This document shows, piece by piece, positions 1 through 9,420 of a DNA stretch of 42,052 nucleotides. The stretch covers positions 1-42,052 of IMG/VR virus record IMGVR_UViG_3300015370_000517; one strand, 5' to 3'. This DNA comes from a virus. Lineage: Duplodnaviria; Caudoviricetes. The notes beneath the pieces were generated by a model. It saw nothing but the letters and a program-made list of their open reading frames with translations. It was not told the DNA's origin and ran no database searches. Every line of letters starts with the position of its first letter. Within the stretch, counting starts at the first letter, position 1. The translations under genes and the position numbers were made by a program.

Positions 1-682
1 GACTGACAATCTTATCATGACCGCAAGATTATTAGACGCGTGCGCGCTAAGACGAATTAAAAAGTTTGTGTTCGTGAGCAGTAGTACAGTGTATCCGTTA
101 ATGACTCAATCATGCAGTGAGGATGATGCTAATGTGCGAGAATATTATCCGTTATATTCTGGTGTTGGACGAATGAAAAAATATCTTGAAGAACTTTGCG
201 AGTTCTATCGAGAAAAATATGATATGGACGTCCTGATTGTTCGCCCTGCGAACATGTACGGTCCTAATGATAAGTTTCATGGTGGCGGTCATGTTATACC
301 AATGCTTATAAAAAAAGCATTTGAAGAAACAGTTCTTGAAGTTTGGGGGGACGGTAATACCATTCGAGACTTCACATACGTTGATGACATTGCACGTATT
401 ATTCTTCGTTTAATCGAAATAGAAAATATTACAGCTCCGATAAACGTGTCATGCTCTGAGCAGTATAGTATTGCACAAGCAGCAAAAATTGTTCAGTCGT
501 TATACAGTCCTGAAAAATTATTAGTGTACTCTCCATCTAAACCGAATGCTATACCGTATCGGGTATTAAACACGAACCGATTAAAAAGTTTGATAGGAGA
601 TTACCAGTTCACACTATTAAAGGAAGGATTAGAAAAAACAATACAATGGTACAAAGAGAACTACACGGAAGAGCACCGCTAA
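1..682 (+). CDS. NAD-dependent epimerase/reductase (extended SDR, GDP-fucose-synthase-like), 5'-truncated by the window edge
   Basis: Motifs FVFVSSSTVYP, VRPANMYGPND and VWGDGNTIRDFTYVDD. The frame is open from the window start and the Rossmann GxxGxxG is absent, so it lies upstream. Confidence 0.85.
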   Translation, partial: TDNLIMTARLLDACALRRIKKFVFVSSSTVYPLMTQSCSEDDANVREYYPLYSGVGRMKKYLEELCEFYREKYDMDVLIVRPANMYGPNDKFHGGGHVIPMLIKKAFEETVLEVWGDGNTIRDFTYVDDIARIILRLIEIENITAPINVSCSEQYSIAQAAKIVQSLYSPEKLLVYSPSKPNAIPYRVLNTNRLKSLIGDYQFTLLKEGLEKTIQWYKENYTEEHR

Positions 683-1593
683 GAATAAGCTTTGCTGGTG
701 GTGGAACAGACTTAGAATCTGTGTTTTTAAAACATGGAGGTACAGTAATCAATGCGACTATCGCACAACATACGAATATGACAATCAAGCAACGTGACGA
801 CTCGAAGATTTTTGTTAACACCGTTCCTTTAGAAAATGCTGATGTGTTAACTCAAAATATTATTTCTAAAATACTTCCGCCTACAGGCCTGGATATAACA
901 TACACGAATGATGTTCCTCCTCGCAGAGGACTTGGTAGTTCTTCAACGTACTCTGTCTTGTTAACCCGCATGATTAATGAATTGTGTGGACGTTCTATTA
1001 ACGACACAGACGTTGTTGAGCAAGCGTACAATATAGAGTCTGACCTTGGTATTTGTGGCTGGCAGGACCAGTACGCTGTGGCTTTTGGTGGTTTTAATTA
1101 CATGCAATTTTCTAAAGAGCAAAGACTCGTTTTTCCTTTGCGTATTAAGTATAGCACGATTAGAGAGTTAGAGTCGAGTTTGTTGTTAAGTTTTACTGGA
1201 GGAAGTCATGATAGTTATGCTATTAAGAATGTGTATGATGATAGGTCTGTTGGCGAACTAAAATCTCTTGCGAATATGGTTCGTGACGCATTATTGCACG
1301 ATGACGTTCCTGCTATCGGTCATCTTCTGCATACGGCGTGGGAGGTAAAACAGAGAACGCTATCTAACAATAACATATTTAATGACATATACCGTTATTG
1401 GCAAGGACAAGGTGTCACGGGAGGAAAACTTTTAGGAGCTGGAGATGGCGGTTACTTTTTGTTTTTTGTTCCTCCAAACATCAGGTATAAAGTTGAAGAA
1501 CAAATGAGAGCGAAAGGAAGTGTTGCAGTTCCTATTTATTTTACTGATAAAGGGGTTGAAACGTGGACGCCGAAAAAGGAGAATAATATATAA
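646..1593 (+). CDS. GHMP-family sugar kinase, HddA-like (D-glycero-D-manno-heptose-7-phosphate kinase-like)
   Basis: RAPLRISFAGGGTD, PPRRGLGSSS (GHMP ATP loop), GWQDQYAVAFGG, GGKLLGAGDGG. Confidence 0.88.
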   Translation: MVQRELHGRAPLRISFAGGGTDLESVFLKHGGTVINATIAQHTNMTIKQRDDSKIFVNTVPLENADVLTQNIISKILPPTGLDITYTNDVPPRRGLGSSSTYSVLLTRMINELCGRSINDTDVVEQAYNIESDLGICGWQDQYAVAFGGFNYMQFSKEQRLVFPLRIKYSTIRELESSLLLSFTGGSHDSYAIKNVYDDRSVGELKSLANMVRDALLHDDVPAIGHLLHTAWEVKQRTLSNNNIFNDIYRYWQGQGVTGGKLLGAGDGGYFLFFVPPNIRYKVEEQMRAKGSVAVPIYFTDKGVETWTPKKENNI

Positions 1594-1594
1594 A

Positions 1595-2707
1595 ATGGGA
1601 TTTAAAAAGGGAAATACTTTTGGAAAAATTAATGCAAATCGTAAAAGACTAGATGTATCTATAAGAATGAAACAGGATAATCCAATGCAAGATAAAAAGA
1701 ATATTCAAAAAATGATTAATACTGTTAATAAAAAAATACAAGAAGGATGGGTTCACAAAGGACGATATTGTCCGGGAATGATTGGGACAAATACTGGAAA
1801 ATCATTTAATGCTTTGCATAGGAAAAAACTGAGTGAATCTAATAAAGGCAAACATATTAATAAGACAAATAATGAAAAAAATGGAAATTGGAAGGGTGAT
1901 AACGTCAATTATTCGGCATTACATGCGTGGGTTAAAAGAAAATTAGGTAATGTGAATAAATGTTATATATGTTCTGAAAGTAATAAAAAAATTCAGTTGG
2001 CAAATATTTCTGGAGAATACAAACGGGATTTGATGGATTGGACTTGTTTATGTCAGTCATGCCATTACAAGTTTGATAGGAAAATTCCATTGCTTTCTAA
2101 AGATGATTTAATTGATTTTGAGAATAATATAGTTAACTTATATCTTCATAAAAAGATTCGAAGTCCTATTCATCTATCTGGGGGTAACGAGGCACAGATA
2201 ATAAAAATTTTTAATTTAATTAATAAGGACGATATTATTTATACAACTTATAGAAGTCATTATGATTCATTATTACATGGTGTTAGCAAAAAGTGGTTGA
2301 TTAAGTGGATATTAAAAAATAAATCAATACATGTTCATCACAAAAATCCTGATATTTTAAGTTCTGCTATAGTTGGCGGGACAATTCCATTAGCTATTGG
2401 GATGGCATTGGGTGTTAAATTAAATGGGAACCAAAGAAGAATATGGTGTATGATTGGGGATATGACTGCGACAACTGGGGTATTTTGGGAGGGGTATAAT
2501 TATGCATTACGAAATGATTTACCTATAGTTTTCGTTATCTCTGATAATGGATTATCAACAGATACTCCAACAAAATGTGCATGGGGAATGAAAATATCTG
2601 ATAAGCATTGGTTTGAAGAAAGGCCACTTCCAAAACTAATTTATTATAAATATGAGCGAACCAGACCGCACTACGGATGCGGAAAATTTGTGGAGTTCGA
2701 CAAATGA
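1595..2707 (+). CDS. In-frame fusion: NUMOD3/HNH-like homing endonuclease (about aa 1-165) plus TPP-dependent dehydrogenase E1 alpha-like subunit
   Basis: ATG at 1595 follows AAGGAG. The N-part has NWKGDNVNYSALHAWV..CYIC..LANISGEYKRD..LCQSCH. The C-part has PIHLSGGNE, YRSHY, SAIVGG and the TPP motif GDMTATTG..SDN. Confidence 0.8.
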   Translation: MGFKKGNTFGKINANRKRLDVSIRMKQDNPMQDKKNIQKMINTVNKKIQEGWVHKGRYCPGMIGTNTGKSFNALHRKKLSESNKGKHINKTNNEKNGNWKGDNVNYSALHAWVKRKLGNVNKCYICSESNKKIQLANISGEYKRDLMDWTCLCQSCHYKFDRKIPLLSKDDLIDFENNIVNLYLHKKIRSPIHLSGGNEAQIIKIFNLINKDDIIYTTYRSHYDSLLHGVSKKWLIKWILKNKSIHVHHKNPDILSSAIVGGTIPLAIGMALGVKLNGNQRRIWCMIGDMTATTGVFWEGYNYALRNDLPIVFVISDNGLSTDTPTKCAWGMKISDKHWFEERPLPKLIYYKYERTRPHYGCGKFVEFDK

Positions 2708-3234
2708 AAACATATAAAGAATTACTGATAGATACGATGACGTTACTTGCGAAAGATAAAAGGACGTTATTCATCGGGCAAAGTGTTCTTTTTCCGGGTC
2801 ACGCGTTATACAATACGATTAAACACTTACCTGAGGGGAAGAGGATTGAGATGCCAGTCTGTGAAGAGTTACAAACTGGTATTTGCACGGGTCTAGCACT
2901 TCAAGGGTTTATTCCAGTAAGTATTTATCCGCGTATGGACTTTTTGATATGTGCGACAAACCAGATAGTTAATCACTTAGACAAGATTGAAGAAATGAGC
3001 AGTGGCGAGTTCAAGCCAAAGGTTATCATACGAACGGCGATAGGTAGTAATAAACCATTAATGCCGGGGTGCCAACATAATCAGGATTATACAGAAGCAC
3101 TCGTTAAGATGTTAACGAACGTTGACGTGGTCAAATTAACCAATAAAGAAATGATAATACCAGAATACGAAAAGGCATTAAAGTCTAAACGGTCGACTAT
3201 CTTGATTGAACTGCCGGAGTTGTATGACAAATGA
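2704..3234 (+). CDS. TPP-dependent E1 beta / transketolase pyrimidine-binding subunit (short)
   Basis: FIGQSV, IEMPVCEELQTGICTGLAL, QIVNHLDK, GCQH. ATGA overlap with the alpha subunit. Confidence 0.85.
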   Translation: MKTYKELLIDTMTLLAKDKRTLFIGQSVLFPGHALYNTIKHLPEGKRIEMPVCEELQTGICTGLALQGFIPVSIYPRMDFLICATNQIVNHLDKIEEMSSGEFKPKVIIRTAIGSNKPLMPGCQHNQDYTEALVKMLTNVDVVKLTNKEMIIPEYEKALKSKRSTILIELPELYDK

Positions 3235-3620
3235 GAAAAAGAATAGTACACCAATACATGCCTGTTGACATGCATGAAGATTCCAGAAGAAGACTCTCAA
3301 TATTTTTTAATGGAGACTTTATTGCAAAACAAATAAAAATAATTGAAGTAATAGAAGATGATGCCATTCTCGGAAATCATTACCATACGTACGACGAAGC
3401 ATTTTATGTAGTTAAGGGCTGTGCAAACTATGACGTGTATGATTTAAAGACTAAAAAATATGCAAATTTTGTTTTGGTGCGCGGAGAATCATTGTTTATT
3501 AAAGCGCACACTGCGCATCGGGCTACTTTTAATAGAGGAACGATAATGGTAGAAGCAACGTCAGAGAAACACACAAAAGAAAAGACGAGGAAATGGGATA
3601 AATGGCAAAAAATACGATAA
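3231..3620 (+). CDS. Cupin-fold protein (sugar epimerase/isomerase-like, RmlC/WxcM-type)
   Basis: HEDSRR, GNHYHTYDEAFYVVKG and AHTAH cupin motifs; sugar cluster context. Confidence 0.75.
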   Translation: MRKRIVHQYMPVDMHEDSRRRLSIFFNGDFIAKQIKIIEVIEDDAILGNHYHTYDEAFYVVKGCANYDVYDLKTKKYANFVLVRGESLFIKAHTAHRATFNRGTIMVEATSEKHTKEKTRKWDKWQKIR

Positions 3621-4606
3621 GTTTAATTACCGGAATTGGAGGTTTTGTAGCATCACACCTTGCTCGTTACCTTCTTGAACAAGGAGAAGAAGTTTATGGA
3701 ACGTACCGGTGGAACGAAGACCTTTCACGAATCAAAGACATCAAAGATAAAATTCATATGATTCCAATGGATTTATTAGATATGAAAAGCTGTATAAAAG
3801 CAATCAGGATTGCAAATCCGAATTATATTTTTCACCTTGCCGCACAATCATACGTATCCGATAGTTTTGAATACCCAGAAGTAACTATACAAACAAATAT
3901 GATTGGAACCTATCATATATTAGAAGCCGTGAGAGGATTAAAGGACGTAGCAAGATACATGAATTCCGCGTCAACCTTCAACCCAGTGATTCATGTTTGT
4001 AGTAGCAGCGAAGTATATGGTCAGGTTACTCCTGACGAAGTTCCTATCAAAGAAACGAACCAGTTCAGACCGGCGAATCCATATGCGGTGAGTAAAGTTG
4101 GAGCTGATATGATTGCTTATCAGTATTGGACGTCTTTTGGTTTAAAAATAATCAGGACGCGCATGTTTACTCACGTAGGTGATGGGAGAACAATGGATAG
4201 TGCTGAAAATGCTTTTGCAAAACAAATAGTTAGAATTGAATTAGGATTGCAATCTCCTGTTGTTTATCATGGAAACTTAAATAGTGTAAGAACATGGGCA
4301 GATGTACGAGATGCAGTAGAAGCTTATCATGTACTTGTTCGCAAATGTACTCCAGGAGAAGTTTATAATATAGGAGGGACCACAACAAAAACTATTGGGG
4401 AGATGCTTGATTATTTAATATCTATAAGTACTTGTAAAAAAATTACTAAAAAATTAAATACCGAATTATTACGTCCGTCAGATGTTACTCTTCAGATTCC
4501 TGATTGTTCAAAATTTATTAAACAAACAGGATGGGCACCTAAATATACTTTTGAAGAAACAATAAGCAGTATTCTTAATGGTTGGAGAAGGAGGGAGAAC
4601 GTATGA
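3602..4606 (+). CDS. GDP-mannose/GDP-manno-heptose 4,6-dehydratase (Gmd/DmhA/WcbK-like)
   Basis: ITGIGGFVASHL, FHLAAQSYV, SSSEVYG, PYAVSK (YxxxK), TRMFTH, GNLNSVRTWADVRD, LRPSD. Confidence 0.88.
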   Translation: MAKNTISLITGIGGFVASHLARYLLEQGEEVYGTYRWNEDLSRIKDIKDKIHMIPMDLLDMKSCIKAIRIANPNYIFHLAAQSYVSDSFEYPEVTIQTNMIGTYHILEAVRGLKDVARYMNSASTFNPVIHVCSSSEVYGQVTPDEVPIKETNQFRPANPYAVSKVGADMIAYQYWTSFGLKIIRTRMFTHVGDGRTMDSAENAFAKQIVRIELGLQSPVVYHGNLNSVRTWADVRDAVEAYHVLVRKCTPGEVYNIGGTTTKTIGEMLDYLISISTCKKITKKLNTELLRPSDVTLQIPDCSKFIKQTGWAPKYTFEETISSILNGWRRRENV

Positions 4607-5427
4607 AAAGAATCCTGGTGACCGGCGCTTCTGGTATGATAGGACAAGAACTCATTGAATTATTGACGAAAAGAAAAAACGATATTATCATACATGGCGA
4701 TATAAAAAATGGTGATGACCTAACGGACTTTCAAACATGTATGAACTTGTGTGAAGGTGTTGATGAATGTTACTCATTGATTGGTATAAAGGGGTCGCCG
4801 AAGATGACAAAAGAAAGACCGGTCGACTTTATGGTTCCAATGTTACGATTTGACACGAATATGATTTATGCAGCACAACTTCAAGGTGTGAAGAAGTTCT
4901 TATATACGTCTAGTATTGCTGTAGAAAATCCTAAGACGGACATGTACCCTGCATGGGCGAAGATGACGGCAGAAAAATTGATAGAGGCAATGCGTGTACA
5001 ATTTACTAAAGGGACAAAATATTGTGTCGTGCGCCCTGCTAATGTGTACGGTCGTTTTGATAATTTTGATAATCCTAATGCTATGGTCATAACTTCTCTT
5101 TTTAAAAAATCATTAACACAACCGTGTATTGAAGTGTGGGGTGATGGCTCTCAAGTTCGAGACTTCATTCACGCTAAAGACGTTGCTCGTGGTATGATAG
5201 AGACGATGCGGAAGATGCCTGAATATCCTATTAATTTGTGTAGTGGCAAAGGAGTTTCAATAAAAAGTGTTGCTTCTATCATTGCAGGATTATCCAACAA
5301 AAAAATACGTTTCGTTGGAAAGGCAGTTGGTGATAAGCGACGTGTGATGAGAACAAACGGGTTCAAACCACAGATAAGCATTCATGATGGATTAAAGGAA
5401 GTGTACGAATGGATAAAAGTGAGGTAA
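4603..5427 (+). CDS. NAD-dependent epimerase/reductase (extended SDR)
   Basis: ILVTGASGMIG, VRPANVYG, VWGDGSQVRDFIHAKDVA. ATG at 4603 overlaps the upstream stop. Confidence 0.85.
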   Translation: MKRILVTGASGMIGQELIELLTKRKNDIIIHGDIKNGDDLTDFQTCMNLCEGVDECYSLIGIKGSPKMTKERPVDFMVPMLRFDTNMIYAAQLQGVKKFLYTSSIAVENPKTDMYPAWAKMTAEKLIEAMRVQFTKGTKYCVVRPANVYGRFDNFDNPNAMVITSLFKKSLTQPCIEVWGDGSQVRDFIHAKDVARGMIETMRKMPEYPINLCSGKGVSIKSVASIIAGLSNKKIRFVGKAVGDKRRVMRTNGFKPQISIHDGLKEVYEWIKVR

Positions 5428-5436
5428 TGATATAAA

Positions 5437-6558
5437 ATGAAAAAGAAAAACGCTATAGTTATTACGACAATAAACACGCCATTAATATTGGACAATCTTG
5501 GCAAGAACCTAGTTAAATACAACCACGAAGATGACACAAGCATTATAATAATCGGCGATAAAAAAACACCAAAAGACATCGTATCATACTGCGAGCGTAT
5601 TAAGAAAAAATATGGGATAGACATAGAATATTATGGGATTAGCGAACAAAAGAAAACATTCGCCAAACATAGCAAGTTATTAAACTTGTTTCCATACAAT
5701 CATCCTGACAGAACCATCTTAGGTCATTGTCTAGCGTACATGGACGGGTACGAAAGAACAATAGCGCTAGATGATGACAACTTTCCTGTTGATTGCGATT
5801 TTATTGGTCATCATGCCATAACAGGAACGACCTCGACGGTAAGTTTAATCCGTAATGGTCTAGGATGGTTTAACGTGCACTCTGCACTAGATGAGATGAA
5901 CAAGATACCGTTCTACCCGAGAGGTTACCCGTGGAGTAAAAGGTGTGATAAGGCGAACGAGAAAAGAATGTTTAAGGATAAAAGAAAGGTGATAGTTAAT
6001 CAAGGACTCGTGCTGGAAGACCCGGACGTTGACGCCATAACCAGACTGTTTCATCCGATAAGGGCAACGTCTATGAACAAAACGTTTAGTGCACAATTCG
6101 GATTATTTCCTGGAGTGTGGTCACCGTTCAACTTCCAGAATACATGTCTCGCTAGAGAATTAATCCCGGTTTATTACAGACCTCTTTCTACTAAGAGAAA
6201 TGCTGACATTTGGACTGCGTACTTGATAAATAGGCTGGCAGAACATTTTGGTGATGTCATAACGTTTGGATACCCGTTGGTTAAGCAGATTAGGAATGAG
6301 CATAACTTATGGGATGACTTGGACGTGGAACTAATTAATAATAGAGCGACTGACGATTTTGTTTCTATACTAAGAAGTATCAAAATAAGAGGAGATACCT
6401 ATTTTGAATTGCTAGGAAGTTTACTGAAACAGAGTAGTATGCACTTAAAAAAAACAAAAACGAGTACTCCAGAGTCTGAAATGATTAAAAATTATTTTAG
6501 AGAGTACAAAATCTGGTATGAAATAATAGGAGAGATTGTTCACGATGGCAAATATTAA
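5437..6558 (+). CDS. GT-A fold protein, RGP/UDP-arabinopyranose mutase- or STELLO (DUF288)-like
   Basis: IVITTIN, IGDKKTP, LDDDNFP, PRGYP, QGL..DPDVDAI, SPFNFQNT, RNADIW. Confidence 0.7.
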   Translation: MKKKNAIVITTINTPLILDNLGKNLVKYNHEDDTSIIIIGDKKTPKDIVSYCERIKKKYGIDIEYYGISEQKKTFAKHSKLLNLFPYNHPDRTILGHCLAYMDGYERTIALDDDNFPVDCDFIGHHAITGTTSTVSLIRNGLGWFNVHSALDEMNKIPFYPRGYPWSKRCDKANEKRMFKDKRKVIVNQGLVLEDPDVDAITRLFHPIRATSMNKTFSAQFGLFPGVWSPFNFQNTCLARELIPVYYRPLSTKRNADIWTAYLINRLAEHFGDVITFGYPLVKQIRNEHNLWDDLDVELINNRATDDFVSILRSIKIRGDTYFELLGSLLKQSSMHLKKTKTSTPESEMIKNYFREYKIWYEIIGEIVHDGKY

Positions 6559-7549
6559 GAGTGGGATGAAAGACCCGAAGATAAAACTTCTCAGGTATAT
6601 GGATAGAGTTCAAGGAGTGATGGATAAAAACTTTCTTCCTCCTATCATAGCGGACGTTGACGTAGTTCAAGGTTTATGCAATCTTGATTGTGAATGGTGC
6701 TGCCAACGAGTAAGCAGGGAAAATAAGTCTCCCTTGTTCATGACGAAAGAAACCATGGAACAGATGGGACCATTCTGTAAGGAGTGGGGTGTGAAGTCTT
6801 GGAGGATAGCCGGAGATTCAGAACCAACATTAAACAAGAATTTATCAGTATTATTACAATCAGGACATGATAACGGTATTGACATGGGATTAATAACGAA
6901 CGGCACATGCCTTGACACGGTTAATAACTTACAATATCTTACTTGGATTGGAATAAGTTTTGATGCTGCAACTCCTGAGACGTGGAGTAAATTAAAACAT
7001 TCATCCGAGGCGATGTATTGGAGAATAATAAACAGCATTAAGCATATTCGTAAAAACTATCCGGATGTTGAAATCACACTAAAATTCATAAAATATTCGT
7101 CAAATGATGCTATGAATAGGACGGAACAAAAGGCGAAAAAGTTTTATGACGAATTACAAGAGGTTAATAATTATAAGGATGCAGAATTATTACCAAAGTT
7201 AGCGGATGAGCTGGAAGTGAATTACCATATTATTGACGCGTTCACTAAAAATCCTAAGTACAAATTTGACGTGTGTAGGGCGACTCCTCTTTATGCAACT
7301 TTCGGTGCAGACCACAAATTTTATGTTTGTTGTGATAGAAGGTACGGACCGATTCTTACAGAAGATTATACAAAGGATGATTGGAAAGAACTCACAAGAT
7401 TATGGGGTTCTGACATGCACAAAAAAATAATTGATAACATACGACCTACTACATGCTTGTTTTGTTCAAAAGAATGGCTGAACACGGTAATGGAAAACGT
7501 GATGCTTGACGGAAAGCACTCAAAAGAATATCAAGTGAAGTTCATATAA
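6545..7549 (+). CDS. Radical SAM protein with C-terminal Cys-rich (Twitch/SPASM-like) region
   Basis: CNLDCEWC (CxxxCxxC), GDSEP, ITNG, ISFDA, and C-terminal C..CC..CLFC. Confidence 0.85.
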   Translation: MANIKSGMKDPKIKLLRYMDRVQGVMDKNFLPPIIADVDVVQGLCNLDCEWCCQRVSRENKSPLFMTKETMEQMGPFCKEWGVKSWRIAGDSEPTLNKNLSVLLQSGHDNGIDMGLITNGTCLDTVNNLQYLTWIGISFDAATPETWSKLKHSSEAMYWRIINSIKHIRKNYPDVEITLKFIKYSSNDAMNRTEQKAKKFYDELQEVNNYKDAELLPKLADELEVNYHIIDAFTKNPKYKFDVCRATPLYATFGADHKFYVCCDRRYGPILTEDYTKDDWKELTRLWGSDMHKKIIDNIRPTTCLFCSKEWLNTVMENVMLDGKHSKEYQVKFI

Positions 7550-7550
7550 G

Positions 7551-8255
7551 ATGGAAACAGAATTAGAAAAAATTACTTTCGTATTAGTAGCGCATAATAG
7601 TATGCCGCACATACAAGCAACCATTAATAGCTTAGTAGAAAGTACAAGATACCCATTCAAATTAATCATTGTTGAATCAGAGTCTGTTGACGGAACAAAA
7701 GAATACGTTGATTATTTATCTAGAATTTCAAACGATATAAGCGTGATACATACTAAAAAGGAGGGAACAATACGGGCGTTTAATATTGGAATAAGAAATG
7801 CGGAAAAAGATAATCATATATTTTTGTGCCATGATGACACATATTTTTTTAAATGGTATGCAAAGGATTGGCTACATGAATTTATGAATCTACTTAAAAA
7901 CGATTCTTCTGTTGGAATAATAATGCCTTTAAGCGGTGGTGGAACTTCCGGTCCTGAGTATATAGACAAATTTGTTTGGGCAGGAACATGGTCTACTCTG
8001 ATTAGAAAAGAAGCAATTGAAAAATTGGGTAAAGAAATGCTTTTTGATGAAAATTTCGGTAAGGGGTACGGGGACGACATTGATTTAAGTTATAGAATTG
8101 TCAAAGAAGGATTTAATATTCTTTCAACGTGGTTTTGGATAGACCATCATAGATTGACAGAACACCACAATAATGACGATATATTGGTGGAAGATGTGAA
8201 GAAAAAGAACTCGGAATATTTTAGAAAAAAACATAAACTAGGTGAATTTGCATGA
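7551..8255 (+). CDS. Glycosyltransferase family 2
   Basis: LVAHN, IIVESESVDGT, HDD, FDENFGKGYGDDIDLSYR. Confidence 0.85.
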   Translation: METELEKITFVLVAHNSMPHIQATINSLVESTRYPFKLIIVESESVDGTKEYVDYLSRISNDISVIHTKKEGTIRAFNIGIRNAEKDNHIFLCHDDTYFFKWYAKDWLHEFMNLLKNDSSVGIIMPLSGGGTSGPEYIDKFVWAGTWSTLIRKEAIEKLGKEMLFDENFGKGYGDDIDLSYRIVKEGFNILSTWFWIDHHRLTEHHNNDDILVEDVKKKNSEYFRKKHKLGEFA

Positions 8256-9148
8256 AAAAGATAGCAGTTAATATAGCAACTCGTGATAGGCCAACAGAAC
8301 TCTCGCTCTTGTTACAAAGTTTGAGAACGCAAACGGTTCAAGATTTTGATGTTTTCATTCTTGAAGATTGTAGCGGAACACCACTGTTTAATTATCATTT
8401 TTTAGTCTGTCTTATTAACAAGTTAAAGGATGAAGGGCACATTGTTGATATTGAACGAACGCCGTTTAATTATGGTGTGAGTAAGTCACGACAAGCGTTG
8501 GTTGACAAGAGCAAACAGTATGAGTTAATATTGCGTGCTGATGATGATGTCATTCTCGAATCTGATTATATAGAAAGATTGTTAAGCGTGTTGGATGCGG
8601 GTTATGACCTGGCGAGCGGGGTTACTCCTTTTATTGGTCAACCGCAAGTTAAAAGGGAGACAAGGTTTATTCATCCTGTCGGAAACAAGGTAGTATTTGA
8701 CAAGGATGGAAATTTCGTGTATAACGGCGATGATTGTGGAATGCAATATTATGATGACACTATTCTTCCATTGCACCACTTTAGAAGTTGCGCATTATAC
8801 AAGACGAAAATACATGACGTTATTGATTATAAATCGAGCTTGTCAAAGCATGGTTTTAGGGAAGAACAAATTTTTAGTTTTAAAATGATTCTTGCAGGCT
8901 TCAAACTTGGCATGAGTTCTCAAGCAGTAGCATGGCATTTGCTTACTCCGAGTGGTGGTGAACGTTTTAGTAATCAAGGAGATTTGATACGGTTGAACCA
9001 GCAAATCTTTGAGGAGTGGACGACGAAGACGTTTAAAGAACACGGCGATTTTATTAAAAAGTATAACGATTTGTTAAGCATTGTTGTTGACAAACCGTCT
9101 GATGTTGAGTGCATGAAAGAGTCAAATTTGGCAAAGGTGAGAGTATGA
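8252..9148 (+). CDS. Glycosyltransferase family 2
   Basis: IATRDRP, LQSLRTQT, RADDDVIL (DxD), FREE. Confidence 0.82.
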   Translation: MKKIAVNIATRDRPTELSLLLQSLRTQTVQDFDVFILEDCSGTPLFNYHFLVCLINKLKDEGHIVDIERTPFNYGVSKSRQALVDKSKQYELILRADDDVILESDYIERLLSVLDAGYDLASGVTPFIGQPQVKRETRFIHPVGNKVVFDKDGNFVYNGDDCGMQYYDDTILPLHHFRSCALYKTKIHDVIDYKSSLSKHGFREEQIFSFKMILAGFKLGMSSQAVAWHLLTPSGGERFSNQGDLIRLNQQIFEEWTTKTFKEHGDFIKKYNDLLSIVVDKPSDVECMKESNLAKVRV

Positions 9149-9420
9149 AGGAACTTAAAACGCTTGCTGACATAAATCATATGTGTTGTTGTGGAAATTC
9201 TCCCCAGCATGATATGGCTATTCGTGATGATTTACGTGCCGAAGCGATTAAAGATATAAAACATATTAGAGAAACACATTTTGTTCCATGTAGGGGTGTC
9301 AAAGGGTCGACATGGTGCATGCCTGTGGGCAACGGTCTTGGAGAAGATACTGAAGCTATGTGGGCTGTGGTAGAATATATTGCTTGGAAGTTTAATATTT
9401 CTGAGGAGGACTTAAGATGA
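9145..9420 (+). CDS. Small hypothetical protein, ELKTL...LRAEAIK...FNISEE family (paralog of 38919-39185)
   Basis: AGGTGA RBS, ATGA overlaps at both ends, three motifs shared with the paralog. Confidence 0.7.
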   Translation: MKELKTLADINHMCCCGNSPQHDMAIRDDLRAEAIKDIKHIRETHFVPCRGVKGSTWCMPVGNGLGEDTEAMWAVVEYIAWKFNISEEDLR

